Notes: generated from the letters alone by a model not told the origin. 64,000 bases of DNA from an uncultured Muribaculaceae bacterium (GCA_964630365.1 CAZVUP010000005.1:1877-65876); one strand, 5' to 3'. Positions 9,101-19,745 are shown, counted from the stretch's first letter. Translations and numbers: made by a program.

Positions 9101-9938
9101 CTGATATCTTTAATTTTGTTTTAGGTTTTTTATTATTTAGAAATTCTTTTATTAAATTATAGTTCATTTCAAATTTTAGTATCAACTCTAATTTTATTTG
9201 AAAGGGTATTTCTACTCCTTCTTGATTTAAAATTTTAAATATTCTTTTCAAATTTTCTGGCCTTATAACTTCAAGCATAGTCTGGAACTTCTCCCAATAC
9301 TCTATTGGTAAGGCATTAATAAATTTATGAAAAATATTTTCTTCTGAAGTATCTTCTCGTGTTGCTAAAAGTGCGTATTGTCCAAAAAAAACACTTTCTT
9401 CTGTTAATAATTTTTCATTATCAAATAATGGTGTAAATTTCACTTCATTATCTGTAATTATTAAGCCATAATTACCTGGATGACGGTCATTATTTCCAAT
9501 TATTACATCAAAGAAAAATATTTCTATTAAATCTTCTATTAATTTAGCAGCTATTTCTTGTGAGAAAAGGGATTTAAAAGCAAAACTAATATCTTCAAAA
9601 TTATTTAAATCATAAAGAATAGAAGCACTTTTTTCTACTCTTTTACTACGAATATAAAAATTTTCTAATAGCGTCTCCATGGTAATACAATTGCTGGTAT
9701 CAAAATATTCAGATACTACTCCACAAGCATTATCATGTTCACCTAACATATAATGCGCACATGGTATTCCTAAATCTTTGGCTATCATTTCAGCAATTAA
9801 TTCATTATACAATTCTTTTTCTTTACTAACTTTTTTATAGAAATATTTTTTTCCATTATATATAAATGTAAATTTAGTGGAAAACAATTCATCTATATCT
9901 ATAATTTTTATGTTCAATTTATCAAGATTAAAATACAT
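9081..9938 (-). CDS. HipA_C / PI3-4-kinase-like protein kinase paralog 4
   Basis: FFFDVIIGNNDRHPGNYGLII...FTPLFDNE. Overlaps paralog 3 by 20 nt and lies 19 nt downstream of the polyprenyl synthase gene. Confidence 0.6.
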   Translation of the reverse strand: MYFNLDKLNIKIIDIDELFSTKFTFIYNGKKYFYKKVSKEKELYNELIAEMIAKDLGIPCAHYMLGEHDNACGVVSEYFDTSNCITMETLLENFYIRSKRVEKSASILYDLNNFEDISFAFKSLFSQEIAAKLIEDLIEIFFFDVIIGNNDRHPGNYGLIITDNEVKFTPLFDNEKLLTEESVFFGQYALLATREDTSEENIFHKFINALPIEYWEKFQTMLEVIRPENLKRIFKILNQEGVEIPFQIKLELILKFEMNYNLIKEFLNNKKPKTKLKISGDQHVF

Positions 9939-9957
9939 TTTGTCCCCCTGTGTTTAA

Positions 9958-11028
9958 TTATTTTTTTCTTTCCCTTAAATATTCAATAAATCCTACAAGT
10001 ATTTCTTTTTTATCATTATCTATCCACTTAATATTATTAAGTACGTCTAAACCATCATCATATAATTCGTTCATCAATTTAAGTGATTTATCTAAAGCTT
10101 TACTTTTTATAAAAATATTCTTAACTTTATTAATGTTTTCAGTAGTTAATTCTTCTTGTCCATAATACTTTTCTAATTCTTCTATATATTTAGTATTTTT
10201 CGCATAAGAATATAATATTGTCTGCTTATATTCTTTGATATCAGAAGCTACTACTTTTCCCATTTCATCAGAAAATATTCCTAGGATATCATCTTGAATT
10301 TGAAATGCTATTCCAACTTTCTCGCCAAACTTCTCAATATCTTCTATTTTTTTAGTATCAGCTCCAGCAAGTAGTAGCCCAATTGTTAATGGACCTATTA
10401 TTGTATAATATGCTGTCTTTAACCTATAGATATTCATAATATTTTTTTCAAGATCGCGTTTTTTTATTATAGCGTTTCTACTTTCAAATGGCAAGATAAC
10501 GTCTAATAATTCACCTTTAATTGTTTTTAAGACTGTATCATTAAATGAATTAAAGACAATAGCGAGATTTTCATCATCTTTATAGTTATCAATTATTATT
10601 TTATTGGCAGAATATAGGCCATAGTCTCCTACACAAAGAGCTATGGAATTACTTAAATGCTCTACTTCTTTTGAATTATACTTTTGATATTTTTTATAAT
10701 TAGCATAATGAACTGTATCTTTACCACGACGTTTATTATCTTTATCAATAATGTCATCATGTACTAAAATAGCAGTTTGGAATACTTCATACGCTAAAGC
10801 TAATGGATAGGAATAGTTTTTATTATTTCTTAGAAGGCTATAGCCTAGATTGACAAGTGTTCCTCTAACCATTTTCCCAGATGAGTTTAAATTTTTGAAA
10901 TGCTCTAAATTTTCTCTTATTAATTGATTTTCATCTTCTGAAAAATTAGAATTATATTTATTTAATAATTTTTCCATCTCTTCTTTTTCTGATGAATAAT
11001 ATTTTTTAAAACAAGTAATATTTTCCAT
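9958..11028 (-). CDS. Polyprenyl diphosphate synthase (trans-isoprenyl diphosphate synthase family)
   Basis: First Asp-rich motif LVHDDIIDKDNKRRG and second motif FQIQDDILG. Chain-length specificity cannot be read from the sequence. Confidence 0.85.
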   Translation of the reverse strand: MENITCFKKYYSSEKEEMEKLLNKYNSNFSEDENQLIRENLEHFKNLNSSGKMVRGTLVNLGYSLLRNNKNYSYPLALAYEVFQTAILVHDDIIDKDNKRRGKDTVHYANYKKYQKYNSKEVEHLSNSIALCVGDYGLYSANKIIIDNYKDDENLAIVFNSFNDTVLKTIKGELLDVILPFESRNAIIKKRDLEKNIMNIYRLKTAYYTIIGPLTIGLLLAGADTKKIEDIEKFGEKVGIAFQIQDDILGIFSDEMGKVVASDIKEYKQTILYSYAKNTKYIEELEKYYGQEELTTENINKVKNIFIKSKALDKSLKLMNELYDDGLDVLNNIKWIDNDKKEILVGFIEYLRERKK

Positions 11029-12110
11029 TATTTATTATGACCTCCCTCAATAATACTCTCTGCTGTAGCATTTAAAATTTGATTTTCTATTTTTTCTTTT
11101 ACTGGTAATAATCTAATAGTTAGATACTCATCTATTTCGTAGGGAAATGTATCAATTACTATACTTTTATCATGATGGGCAATTCTTCTGAATGTTCTTA
11201 TTAATTTATCGGTTGCATTTTTTTGGATAAAATCATTTTTTTCTAATAATTCTGCTTCATTATTATGTCCTCTAGCAAATATCATTCTTGAAGAATATCT
11301 AAGAGGTAAGTATGTAACAATCTTTATTTTTTCAATTTTCTCTTTTTTTAATAAGGATAGAAAAATATTAAGTGCAAAAACAAATGATGGTGTAACATCA
11401 GTTATATTTTCTTCTTCTGATAATGGTTTTTCTTTTGGAGGAACGCCAGCATTTAATTTAAATAATAAGCGTTTCATCTTTTTTATATATTTTTCTTCAA
11501 CTAGTGATTTTTCATTTGATTTTTCTTTGGGGTTCATAACACTATATATATAACAGGTACCATCGCTTATTCCATAATAAATAGATGGCAGTTTATAGCT
11601 AAGATACTCACCATTTTCTTCGCTATTTAAGCTTAGTTCAATTATATTAGGTGTTTCCATTGCGACTGGGGCATTACTCTTTTTTATATGTAAACAACTA
11701 TTGTTTAGTACTTCATTTACTTCTATTTCTATACCATCAGAGAGATAGTCGAACGTTTTGTCTTGCAAATAAGCTATTCGTCTTCTAATTAATCTTTCTG
11801 GATTTAGAAAATCTTCTGTAGTAGCATTTATAAACAAATAAGACATTATCCATTTGATAGGACTTTTTTTCTTATCTAAAAAGTTAGGAATCTTTCTGTT
11901 TTTTTCTAGTTCTAATTTTATATATTCTTCTAGTAGTGAAAAAAATGTTTTTTCATCTTTTATAACTAATTCGGCAAGATTTTGTTCATTATAATAATGT
12001 ATGTTTTTTTCAAGGATTCTTGTGTTAAAGGCTATTTCAAATTTGTCATTATCTATTGTGACATTTCCTTCTTTAGCTTCCTTAATTAATTCATAAAATA
12101 TTTCTTTCAT
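11028..12110 (-). CDS. Hypothetical protein (360 aa), no recognised domain
   Basis: Long ORF translationally coupled (overlapping stops/starts) to lspA upstream and the polyprenyl synthase downstream. No motif recognised. Confidence 0.5.
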   Translation of the reverse strand: MKEIFYELIKEAKEGNVTIDNDKFEIAFNTRILEKNIHYYNEQNLAELVIKDEKTFFSLLEEYIKLELEKNRKIPNFLDKKKSPIKWIMSYLFINATTEDFLNPERLIRRRIAYLQDKTFDYLSDGIEIEVNEVLNNSCLHIKKSNAPVAMETPNIIELSLNSEENGEYLSYKLPSIYYGISDGTCYIYSVMNPKEKSNEKSLVEEKYIKKMKRLLFKLNAGVPPKEKPLSEEENITDVTPSFVFALNIFLSLLKKEKIEKIKIVTYLPLRYSSRMIFARGHNNEAELLEKNDFIQKNATDKLIRTFRRIAHHDKSIVIDTFPYEIDEYLTIRLLPVKEKIENQILNATAESIIEGGHNK

Positions 12111-12583
12111 TTTTTTTCCTCCTGCTTAGCAAAGAACATTATTATGATAAGACCTAAAGTTCCTAATGTTATAGCAATATCAGCTAAATTAAATATTGGA
12201 AACTGATACTTAAAAATAGTAAATGATAAGTAGTCAATAACTCCTTTATGAATTATCCTATCAATTAAATTTCCATATATTCCACCACTTATAATAGCAA
12301 GTAAAATTATACTTTTTTTATTGATAGTTTTATCATTATTAATATAATGATTGATAAATACTAGAACAATAACACTTAAAATTATTAATAATAAAGTATT
12401 GTTTTCTAAAATTGAAAAAGCTGCTCCTGTATTTTTGACATAATAAATGCTGAAGAACTTAGGAATAACTTTTATAGTACTATATAATTCCATATTTTTA
12501 ATAATAACAATCTTTATTATTTGATCTAATAAGAAGGTTATTGTTGTAAATATATGAACTTGCTTATTCTTCATAGTTATCAC
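12107..12583 (-). CDS. lspA: Lipoprotein signal peptidase (signal peptidase II)
   Basis: Four TM helices with NTGAAFS and FNLADIAI motifs containing the catalytic Asp residues; 158 aa. Confidence 0.85.
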   Translation of the reverse strand: MITMKNKQVHIFTTITFLLDQIIKIVIIKNMELYSTIKVIPKFFSIYYVKNTGAAFSILENNTLLLIILSVIVLVFINHYINNDKTINKKSIILLAIISGGIYGNLIDRIIHKGVIDYLSFTIFKYQFPIFNLADIAITLGTLGLIIIMFFAKQEEKK

Positions 12584-15518
12584 CTTTTAATATTTTTATT
12601 TTCTCAACAATTATTTGATATTCATCCAATCGTTTTTCAATATTACCCCTAATCTTAATAAGATTTCCTCGAGATAAGGTAGGATACTCTGAATATACTT
12701 TTGGAAAAATAATAAATTCTTTGGTAGATGTTTCGTCACTTCCAGTTAGAAAAGACATTTTTTCACCATTCTTAGTATTAATTGTTTTAATTTTTTCAAC
12801 AAGAACAAGGACATCTACCCGCTTATTAAAATTATTTTCTATTTCATTTAGTGATATACAGTATGGGTTATCTTTACGATATAGTGCTGTTGGATGGGAA
12901 GTTAAGTAAAAACCAAATACTTCTTTTTCTTTTTCTAACAAATAAGAATTTGGATATTCTTCCTGTAATTCAATAACTGGCTTCATAACGAGAGAAGGAT
13001 CAATATCTTTAGTAAGTTCTGCATAATTAAATAAACTATCTAAATTATAGATTAAAGTAGCTCTATTATAATTAAACTCTTTAAACAAATCTGCAAATAT
13101 CAATATTTCAAATGTTTTTTTACCAATACCGGCAATATACAATCTACTAAAAGCATCATAAATATTAGTGAATTTTCCTTCTTCTTTAGCCTTAGCTATT
13201 TGTTCTGATACAACTACACCAATTCCTTTAATATTTGATATTGGATAAATAATTTTATTATCTTTTACAAGGTACTTACTTTCACTATTATTTATCGTTG
13301 GCTTTTCGACATCAATATTATTTTTTTTAGCTTCCATAATATATTCATGAGTTTTGGTCTCGCTACCTATTACATTCGATAGTAAATTAGCAAAAAATAT
13401 AGTTTGATAATGACACTTTAAATAAGCCATTTTGAAGGCAATTATTGAATAAACAACAGAGTGTGATTTATTAAATCCATAACCTGCAAAATTCAAAATT
13501 AAATCAAAAAGCTTTTTAGCTTCTTCTTTTGGATGATTATGTTCAACACTTTTACTAATAAATTTATCTTCTTCTTGTTTTAATAATTCAAGCTTCTTTT
13601 TACTCATGGCTCTTCTTAGAATATCTGCTTCACCTAATGTATATCCAGCATAAAGATTAGCCACTTGCATAATTTGTTCTTGATATATTAAAAGACCATA
13701 TGTCGATTTAGTAATTTCTTCTAGAGACTTATCGAAATATGTTACTTTTTCCTCTTTATTTTTTCTTCTAATATATGTATCAATATTGATGGCTGCTCCT
13801 GGTCTAAATAAAGCGATAGCAGCTATTATATCTTCAAAAGATTTTACTTTTAATTTTTTTAAAAAGCTACGCATTCCTGAAGATTCAAATTGGAAAACAC
13901 CACTGGTATTTGCCTCTTCAAATAGTTTTAGTGTTTCTTTATCATCTAATGGGATATCATTATAATTAATTTTATTCGTTGTTAATGTGTTTATGTCATT
14001 TATGATATTATCTAATATTGATAAGTTTTTAAGGCCTAAAAAATCCATTTTTAAAAGACCAAGTTCTTCAAGATATTCCATTGAATAACCAGTTAAATAT
14101 AAATTATCTGATTTCATTAAAGGTATTACTTCATCTAGATCAACTTGACTCATTACAATACCTGCTGCATGTTGTGAAGTGTGTCTTGGAAATCCTTCTA
14201 ACTTAATAGCTATTTGTAACATTTCAGATAATAGTGTATCACTATCTATTCTGACCTTGAATGTTTGATTGTTCTTATAAATGTCTTCTAACTTTTCTTT
14301 AGACAAATTAGGGATTAATTTGCATAAAGAATCTACTTTGTAAGTTGGTACATTTAAAACACGTGACACATCTCTAATGACTTGTTTGGCTGCTAGAGTA
14401 CCAAAAGTTACTATTCCGCTTACGCGTTTTTCCCCATATTTTTCTTTGACGTAACTAATTACTTCTTCTCTTTTATCATCAGGAAAATCAGTATCAATAT
14501 CGGGCATTGTTTTTCTTTCGGGATTTAAAAATCTTTCAAATAGTAAGCCATATTCTAGAGGATCAATATCAGTTATGCCTAAGGAATAAGCAACTAATGA
14601 TCCGGCAGCACTTCCTCTTCCCGGTCCTACTAGTATATTATTTTTTTTAGCATATTTTATAAAATCATAAACAACTAAAAAATAATTAGAAAAGCCCATA
14701 TTATCGATGACTTGTAATTCATGAGTTAATCTTTTTTTATAGTCATCAGAAACATTACCTGATAAGCGTTTTTTTAATCCTAAGCGGCATAAATCAAACA
14801 AATACTTTTTAGGATCTTCACAATCATAAATTGGTAAAAGAAGTTTTGCCTCAGGAAAAACCAGATTACACTCATTAGCAATAATTTCTGTGTTATTCAA
14901 TCCTTCTAAAGTACTGAAATCTTCTAAATTACTTATTTCTAGATTATGATTGTTGACATCATAGGAAATGTCATCACTAATTGTTTTTCCATCTCTTATT
15001 CGATATAGGTATGGTAATATTTTTGAATCATTTTCTTTTAAATATAAGTTTTCTTGAAAGAATACCACTTTATCGGTGATAATTCGTGAATTTTTTTCTT
15101 CTTTTTTGTTTGTAAAACCTAAATATATATCAACATATAACTCTTTTAATTCTTCATAAACATTTTGATATAAAGCTGGGATTATTGCAATAACATTTTT
15201 TCTATATTTTTTTAAATCCGAAATATCAATTCGTCTTTCACTTTGTATTGTTGATAATTTGATTAAACATTTATAGCCTATGTAGTCTTTTGCTAATAAA
15301 ACGAATTTATAATTATCTAAAATTAATTCTAAGCCAATGATTGGTTTAATATTTTTAGTTTGGCATTTCTTAATAAATTCCATTGTTCCAAACATATTTG
15401 TATCTACTAAGGAAATAGCTGGTAATTTATTTTTTTCTGCATAATAAATAATCTCATCTATTTTTAGTAGACTAGATAATAATGTATAATTACTTTTATT
15501 AAACAATGGAATATACAT
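12564..15518 (-). CDS. dnaE: DNA polymerase III alpha subunit (DnaE type)
   Basis: N-terminal PHP domain, GPGRGSAAGSLVAYSLGITDIDP, PDIDTDF catalytic aspartates, HhH, and C-terminal OB fold; 984 aa. Confidence 0.95.
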   Translation of the reverse strand: MYIPLFNKSNYTLLSSLLKIDEIIYYAEKNKLPAISLVDTNMFGTMEFIKKCQTKNIKPIIGLELILDNYKFVLLAKDYIGYKCLIKLSTIQSERRIDISDLKKYRKNVIAIIPALYQNVYEELKELYVDIYLGFTNKKEEKNSRIITDKVVFFQENLYLKENDSKILPYLYRIRDGKTISDDISYDVNNHNLEISNLEDFSTLEGLNNTEIIANECNLVFPEAKLLLPIYDCEDPKKYLFDLCRLGLKKRLSGNVSDDYKKRLTHELQVIDNMGFSNYFLVVYDFIKYAKKNNILVGPGRGSAAGSLVAYSLGITDIDPLEYGLLFERFLNPERKTMPDIDTDFPDDKREEVISYVKEKYGEKRVSGIVTFGTLAAKQVIRDVSRVLNVPTYKVDSLCKLIPNLSKEKLEDIYKNNQTFKVRIDSDTLLSEMLQIAIKLEGFPRHTSQHAAGIVMSQVDLDEVIPLMKSDNLYLTGYSMEYLEELGLLKMDFLGLKNLSILDNIINDINTLTTNKINYNDIPLDDKETLKLFEEANTSGVFQFESSGMRSFLKKLKVKSFEDIIAAIALFRPGAAINIDTYIRRKNKEEKVTYFDKSLEEITKSTYGLLIYQEQIMQVANLYAGYTLGEADILRRAMSKKKLELLKQEEDKFISKSVEHNHPKEEAKKLFDLILNFAGYGFNKSHSVVYSIIAFKMAYLKCHYQTIFFANLLSNVIGSETKTHEYIMEAKKNNIDVEKPTINNSESKYLVKDNKIIYPISNIKGIGVVVSEQIAKAKEEGKFTNIYDAFSRLYIAGIGKKTFEILIFADLFKEFNYNRATLIYNLDSLFNYAELTKDIDPSLVMKPVIELQEEYPNSYLLEKEKEVFGFYLTSHPTALYRKDNPYCISLNEIENNFNKRVDVLVLVEKIKTINTKNGEKMSFLTGSDETSTKEFIIFPKVYSEYPTLSRGNLIKIRGNIEKRLDEYQIIVEKIKILKGDNYEE

Positions 15519-15654
15519 ATTAATGCCTCCTAAACTTATTTTAACATATATTTTAATATTATTATCATATAAATAAGCTATATTTTGTTTGACTTTCTAG
15601 TTGTTTTATGTTAAAGTTATTAAGCAGATGAAGTGATACCAAAGGAGGGATAGT

Positions 15655-15834
15655 ATGGCAGTTAATGTAAGTAAAAGAAAAGGTAATGTTAAAAACAATA
15701 GATCACATGCTCTAAATGCTACTAAGGAAAGACAAAATTTAAATCTACAAGTTTATAGATGCGAAGACGGTACTAAAGTTAGACTTTCTACAAAGGAAAT
15801 GAGAACTTTAAAGAAAAATGAAAAAGCTGCATAA
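15655..15834 (+). CDS. rpmB: 50S ribosomal protein L28
   Basis: Hand-translated 59-aa ORF below the track cutoff: MAVNVSKRKGNVKNNRSHALNATKERQNLNLQVYRCEDGTKVRLSTKEMRTLKKNEKAA. The NNRSHA.NA.K....NLQ core is the L28 signature. AAAGGAGGG RBS lies 6 nt upstream. Confidence 0.85.
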   Translation: MAVNVSKRKGNVKNNRSHALNATKERQNLNLQVYRCEDGTKVRLSTKEMRTLKKNEKAA

Positions 15835-15850
15835 TGCAGCTTTTATTTTT
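15822..15850 (+). terminator. Rho-independent terminator of rpmB (stem overlaps the stop codon); possibly bidirectional
   Basis: AAAAGCTGCA-TAA-TGCAGCTTTT hairpin followed by ATTTTT. The A-run on the left side could also serve the convergent gene 15851..16546. Confidence 0.7.
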
Positions 15851-16546
15851 TTATTCACAAGTATATCCTTGACTTTCTTTTTCTTGTTGGATTGTTTCTT
15901 TCTCGGCATTTAATTGGTAATCTAGTGCTGTTGTAAAGTGATTTTGTTGTTGTGGTGGAAGAGTTGTAACATCTAATACTTTATAATCAACTACTACTTC
16001 AGCAATAAGATTTGTACCACTTGGCGTTACTGTAATTGTATAACCTGGTACCTGATTCATAAATGGTTGATAACCAGTAACATAATTTTGGACACCAGTA
16101 GGTCCTTGAGGATTTCCTGGAGTTGGTGAGATTGTAAAAGTCTTAGTATAACCAACTAGTTTTTCTGATTCAAATTTGTAATCAACTTTATATACAGTAT
16201 CTGTACCATCTGGATTATTAATCCAAGTTAGTGTACATACTAAATCTTTGTCATCAACTTTTTTATCAGTCTTTTTCTCTTCAGTTTTACGATTCTGAGT
16301 CATTTTATTTAGAGTTTTATTTGCTGATAACATTTCAGTAATTCCAAATGTTGTTCCAAAAGTTATTGATAATATTCCTAGTAAAGCAAAAAATAATGCT
16401 GGTTTTTTGCTTGTTCTTTTTTCAAATTTAGCAACTCTTTCTACTTCTTGTAAATTTAAGACTTGTGTTTTTTGTAATTCTTCTTGAGTCATTTGTTGTT
16501 TATTAACTTGATTTTGACTATTTTGCATATTTTGATTCATACACAC
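15851..16546 (-). CDS. Hypothetical membrane-anchored protein with Q/N-rich N-terminus
   Basis: N-terminal MNQNMQNSQNQVNKQQ..., one TM helix (ALFFALLGILSITFGTTFGI), and an extracytoplasmic beta-rich C-terminal domain. Confidence 0.5.
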   Translation of the reverse strand: MCMNQNMQNSQNQVNKQQMTQEELQKTQVLNLQEVERVAKFEKRTSKKPALFFALLGILSITFGTTFGITEMLSANKTLNKMTQNRKTEEKKTDKKVDDKDLVCTLTWINNPDGTDTVYKVDYKFESEKLVGYTKTFTISPTPGNPQGPTGVQNYVTGYQPFMNQVPGYTITVTPSGTNLIAEVVVDYKVLDVTTLPPQQQNHFTTALDYQLNAEKETIQQEKESQGYTCE

Positions 16547-16593
16547 TCACCTTACCTTAATACCATTATAGCAAAGTAGAAAAAAATAGCCAA

Positions 16594-16620
16594 GAAAAAA
16601 ATAACTATTTCTAGTTATTT
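16594..16620 (-). terminator. Rho-independent terminator after typA
   Basis: AATAACTA/TAGTTATT hairpin overlaps the typA stop and is followed on the minus strand by a T7 run. Confidence 0.6.
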
Positions 16621-18428
16621 TTATTACGAGCATCAAATTTTTTTCTTTCTTCAGTATTCAAGATTCTTTTCCTCAAACGAATATTATTTGGAGTTACTTC
16701 GACTAGCTCATCAGAATTTATATAATCCAAAGCATATTCTAATGATATTGGACGTGGTCTTTTTAGGACAACTGTGTGATCAGATCCAGCAGCACGTGTA
16801 TTTGTTAATTGTTTTCCTTTAACGACGTTGACTGCTAAATCATTATCTCTATTACACTCTCCAACTATCATTCCTTCATATACTTCTGTACCAGGTTCAA
16901 TAAACATTATTCCACGGTCTTCTAAATTACCAATTGAGTATGCTGTAGCATTACCATTTTCCATCGAAACTAAAACACCTAATTTTCTTTCTCCAATAAC
17001 AACGTTTTCATATGGTTGGTAATCTTTAAAGGTATGATTCATAATACCATAACCTTTAGTTAATGTCATAAATTCTGTTGAAAAACCAATTAATCCTCTT
17101 GATGGAATGGTATATAATAATCTAACTTGATTTTCAAAATTAGTCATATTTTCCATTTTTCCACCACGAATTCCTAATTGTTCAATTACTGATCCAACTG
17201 ATTCTTCTGGTACTTCTATTTGTAATTCCTCATATGGTTCATATTTTTGGCCATCTATCTCTTTTATTATTACACTTGGTTTAGATACTTCTAATTCATA
17301 TCCTTCACGACGCATATTTTCAATTAAAATCCCTAAATGAAGTTCTCCCCTACCACTTACTAAGAATGATTCATTGGTTGCTGGTTCAACACGAAGAGAG
17401 ACATCCTTTTGAGTTTCACGCATTAGACGTTCTTCGATTTTTCTAGCTGTTACAATTTTTCCATCTCTTCCAACAAATGGTGATGAATTTGTTCCAAAAG
17501 TCATTTGTAATGTTGGTTCATCAATATGTAATTGTGGTAATGGATTAATATTATCATTATTACAAATTGTTTCTCCAACAGAAATGTCTGCAAGACCAGC
17601 TATTGCTATTATATCTCCAGCTTCTGCTTGTTCAATTTCTATTCTATTATAACCATAATAACCAAATAATTTTTGAATTCTAAATTGCTTAGTTGCTCCA
17701 TCAAGACGACAACAAGTTACCATTTCTCCTGTCTTAATAGTACCATTTTGAACTCTACCTATTCCAATTCTACCAACAAACTCATTGTAATCTAATAAGG
17801 CTGGTTGAAATTGTAAAGGTTTAGTTGCATCTCCTGTTGGTGCTGGAATAAGTTCAATAATCTTATCTAAGATTTCACTAAATCCTTCTGTTTGTGTTGA
17901 TAAATCATCACTAAGTGAACAGGTATTATTAACTGCTGATGCATAAATAACTTGAAAATCTAATTGCTCATCATCTGCACCAAGTTCAATAAATAAATCT
18001 AATACTTCATCAACAACTTGCTTGCATCTAGCACTTGGTTTATCAACTTTATTTATTACAACAATAGGTTTTACTCCAGCTTCAAAAGCCTTTTTTAAAA
18101 CAAATCTTGTCTGGGGCATTGCTCCTTCATAAGCATCTACGACTAATAAAACACCATCTACCATGTTCATTATACGCTCTACTTCTCCACCAAAATCAGC
18201 ATGCCCTGGAGTATCTAATATATTAATTCTAACTCCTTTATAATCTAGTGCTGTAGTTTTAGCAAGAATAGTTATTCCACGCTCTTTTTCTAGAGCATTT
18301 GAATCCATTGAAACATTTGAGACATCTTCATTATCTCTAAACATTCCAGAATGCTTTAAAATTCCATCTACCAATGTTGTTTTTCCATGATCAACATGAG
18401 CAATTATAGCAACATTTCTTTTTTCCAT
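16611..18428 (-). CDS. typA: Translational GTPase TypA/BipA
   Basis: [29 protein letters not shown], and NKVD G-motifs, plus the BipA C-terminal domain. Start moved to MEKRN (ATG 18428), which has a GAGGTG RBS. Confidence 0.93.
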   Translation of the reverse strand: MEKRNVAIIAHVDHGKTTLVDGILKHSGMFRDNEDVSNVSMDSNALEKERGITILAKTTALDYKGVRINILDTPGHADFGGEVERIMNMVDGVLLVVDAYEGAMPQTRFVLKKAFEAGVKPIVVINKVDKPSARCKQVVDEVLDLFIELGADDEQLDFQVIYASAVNNTCSLSDDLSTQTEGFSEILDKIIELIPAPTGDATKPLQFQPALLDYNEFVGRIGIGRVQNGTIKTGEMVTCCRLDGATKQFRIQKLFGYYGYNRIEIEQAEAGDIIAIAGLADISVGETICNNDNINPLPQLHIDEPTLQMTFGTNSSPFVGRDGKIVTARKIEERLMRETQKDVSLRVEPATNESFLVSGRGELHLGILIENMRREGYELEVSKPSVIIKEIDGQKYEPYEELQIEVPEESVGSVIEQLGIRGGKMENMTNFENQVRLLYTIPSRGLIGFSTEFMTLTKGYGIMNHTFKDYQPYENVVIGERKLGVLVSMENGNATAYSIGNLEDRGIMFIEPGTEVYEGMIVGECNRDNDLAVNVVKGKQLTNTRAAGSDHTVVLKRPRPISLEYALDYINSDELVEVTPNNIRLRKRILNTEERKKFDARNKNN

Positions 18429-18508
18429 ATTAATACACCTCTTTTTAAACGTCGCCAACAATTATAGCATAAAAAAAAAGAAATTACTATATATTTCTTT
18501 TTTATTTT

Positions 18509-19078
18509 TTAATATATTCTATTTCCCAAATATGCACTTTCTGCTGATATAGATATTTCCTCTATTCTAGGAATGTAATTATCATCATCAGTATAGTTAA
18601 TAATGTCCGATTTTATATAAATAATATAATCATCATATTCGAATTTAACATCACTACCATTATTTTTAGTAACTTTAAAGCCATACTTTTCAATCTTAGA
18701 AATAGATTTTTCTATTTTATCACCCACTTTTACTCCTAACAAATTATATTTCCTACTTAACAAAGTAATTGATGCTAAATAAAAGTCAGCTTCATCATTT
18801 GGATAACCATAGTATGAGAACTCAATATCTTTATTACTATAATCATCTGACATATAATTATTTATAAATTCATATTTTTTTTGATATCTATCGGAATCTT
18901 TTCTTGTCATTTTTTTCATATATTCAACAGGCAAATTGCTATTATTATTAATCGTAGTTACTATATTTTTATTTTTTTCTAATTCATTTTCATCTTTTTT
19001 TATTAGTATAAATACTATACTACTTAATATTAGAATAGTTGTTAAAAATAAAATAATAAATTTCCAATTTTTTTTCAT
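18509..19078 (-). CDS. Hypothetical membrane-anchored protein
   Basis: Probable start MKKNWKFIILFL (ATG 19078, GGTGA RBS). The poly-Ile extension in the track ORF is an upstream read-through artefact. One TM helix plus a soluble domain. Confidence 0.5.
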   Translation of the reverse strand: MKKNWKFIILFLTTILILSSIVFILIKKDENELEKNKNIVTTINNNSNLPVEYMKKMTRKDSDRYQKKYEFINNYMSDDYSNKDIEFSYYGYPNDEADFYLASITLLSRKYNLLGVKVGDKIEKSISKIEKYGFKVTKNNGSDVKFEYDDYIIYIKSDIINYTDDDNYIPRIEEISISAESAYLGNRIY

Positions 19079-19115
19079 TTTATCACCTATTATTATTATT
19101 ATTATTATAAGTTTA

Positions 19116-19715
19116 CTATTTACATTTTGCAATTAATAACTTTTTATATATAAATCTAATAATTACTATTATTAAAATTATTCTGATTGGAATTTTTAAA
19201 TAATCTATATAACTTTTAATAGTTATCCAGTTTTCACCTAAAGCATAACCAAAATAAACAAAACCTAGAGTCCAAGGTATCGAACCAATTATTGTATAGA
19301 TTAGAAATTTCCAAAAAGAAAATCGCATTATTCCAATTGGTAGAGATATTAAAGTCCTAACTATTGGAAAGTTTCTTCCTATAAGAGCAGATAACATGCC
19401 ATATTTATTAAACCACGAGTCACTTTTTTCAATATCTTCTTCTTTCATAAAAAAATATTTACCATATTTTTTAATAAATGGTTTACCGCCAAGATAACCC
19501 ATAAAGTAAATTATTATGGCACAAAAAGTGCTTCCTAAAAGCCCAATGGTAAAAGCTCCTGTAAAGGTAAAAATACCTTTACTAGCTAGAATACCACCTG
19601 TTGCTAGTATCAATTCACTAGGAATAATAATTATTACTGCTTCTAAAATCATACCTAAAAACATGCCTAAATAGCCATAACTACTTATAAGATTTAAAAC
19701 AAAGTTATCCATCAT
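19116..19715 (-). CDS. DedA family membrane protein
   Basis: GYLGMFLGMILEAVIIIIPSELIL... and the overall 4-5 TM layout of the DedA/SNARE-associated family. Confidence 0.75.
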   Translation of the reverse strand: MMDNFVLNLISSYGYLGMFLGMILEAVIIIIPSELILATGGILASKGIFTFTGAFTIGLLGSTFCAIIIYFMGYLGGKPFIKKYGKYFFMKEEDIEKSDSWFNKYGMLSALIGRNFPIVRTLISLPIGIMRFSFWKFLIYTIIGSIPWTLGFVYFGYALGENWITIKSYIDYLKIPIRIILIIVIIRFIYKKLLIAKCK

Positions 19716-19745
19716 ATCACCTAATAAATGATATGAAAAAAAGAA

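Noticed and set aside
5490-9957. Searched around the kinase array for a HipB-like HTH or HipS-like small ORF.
   Set aside because: The gaps are 0-51 nt and contain no ORF with an RBS. No canonical HipBA or HipBST organisation can therefore be claimed.
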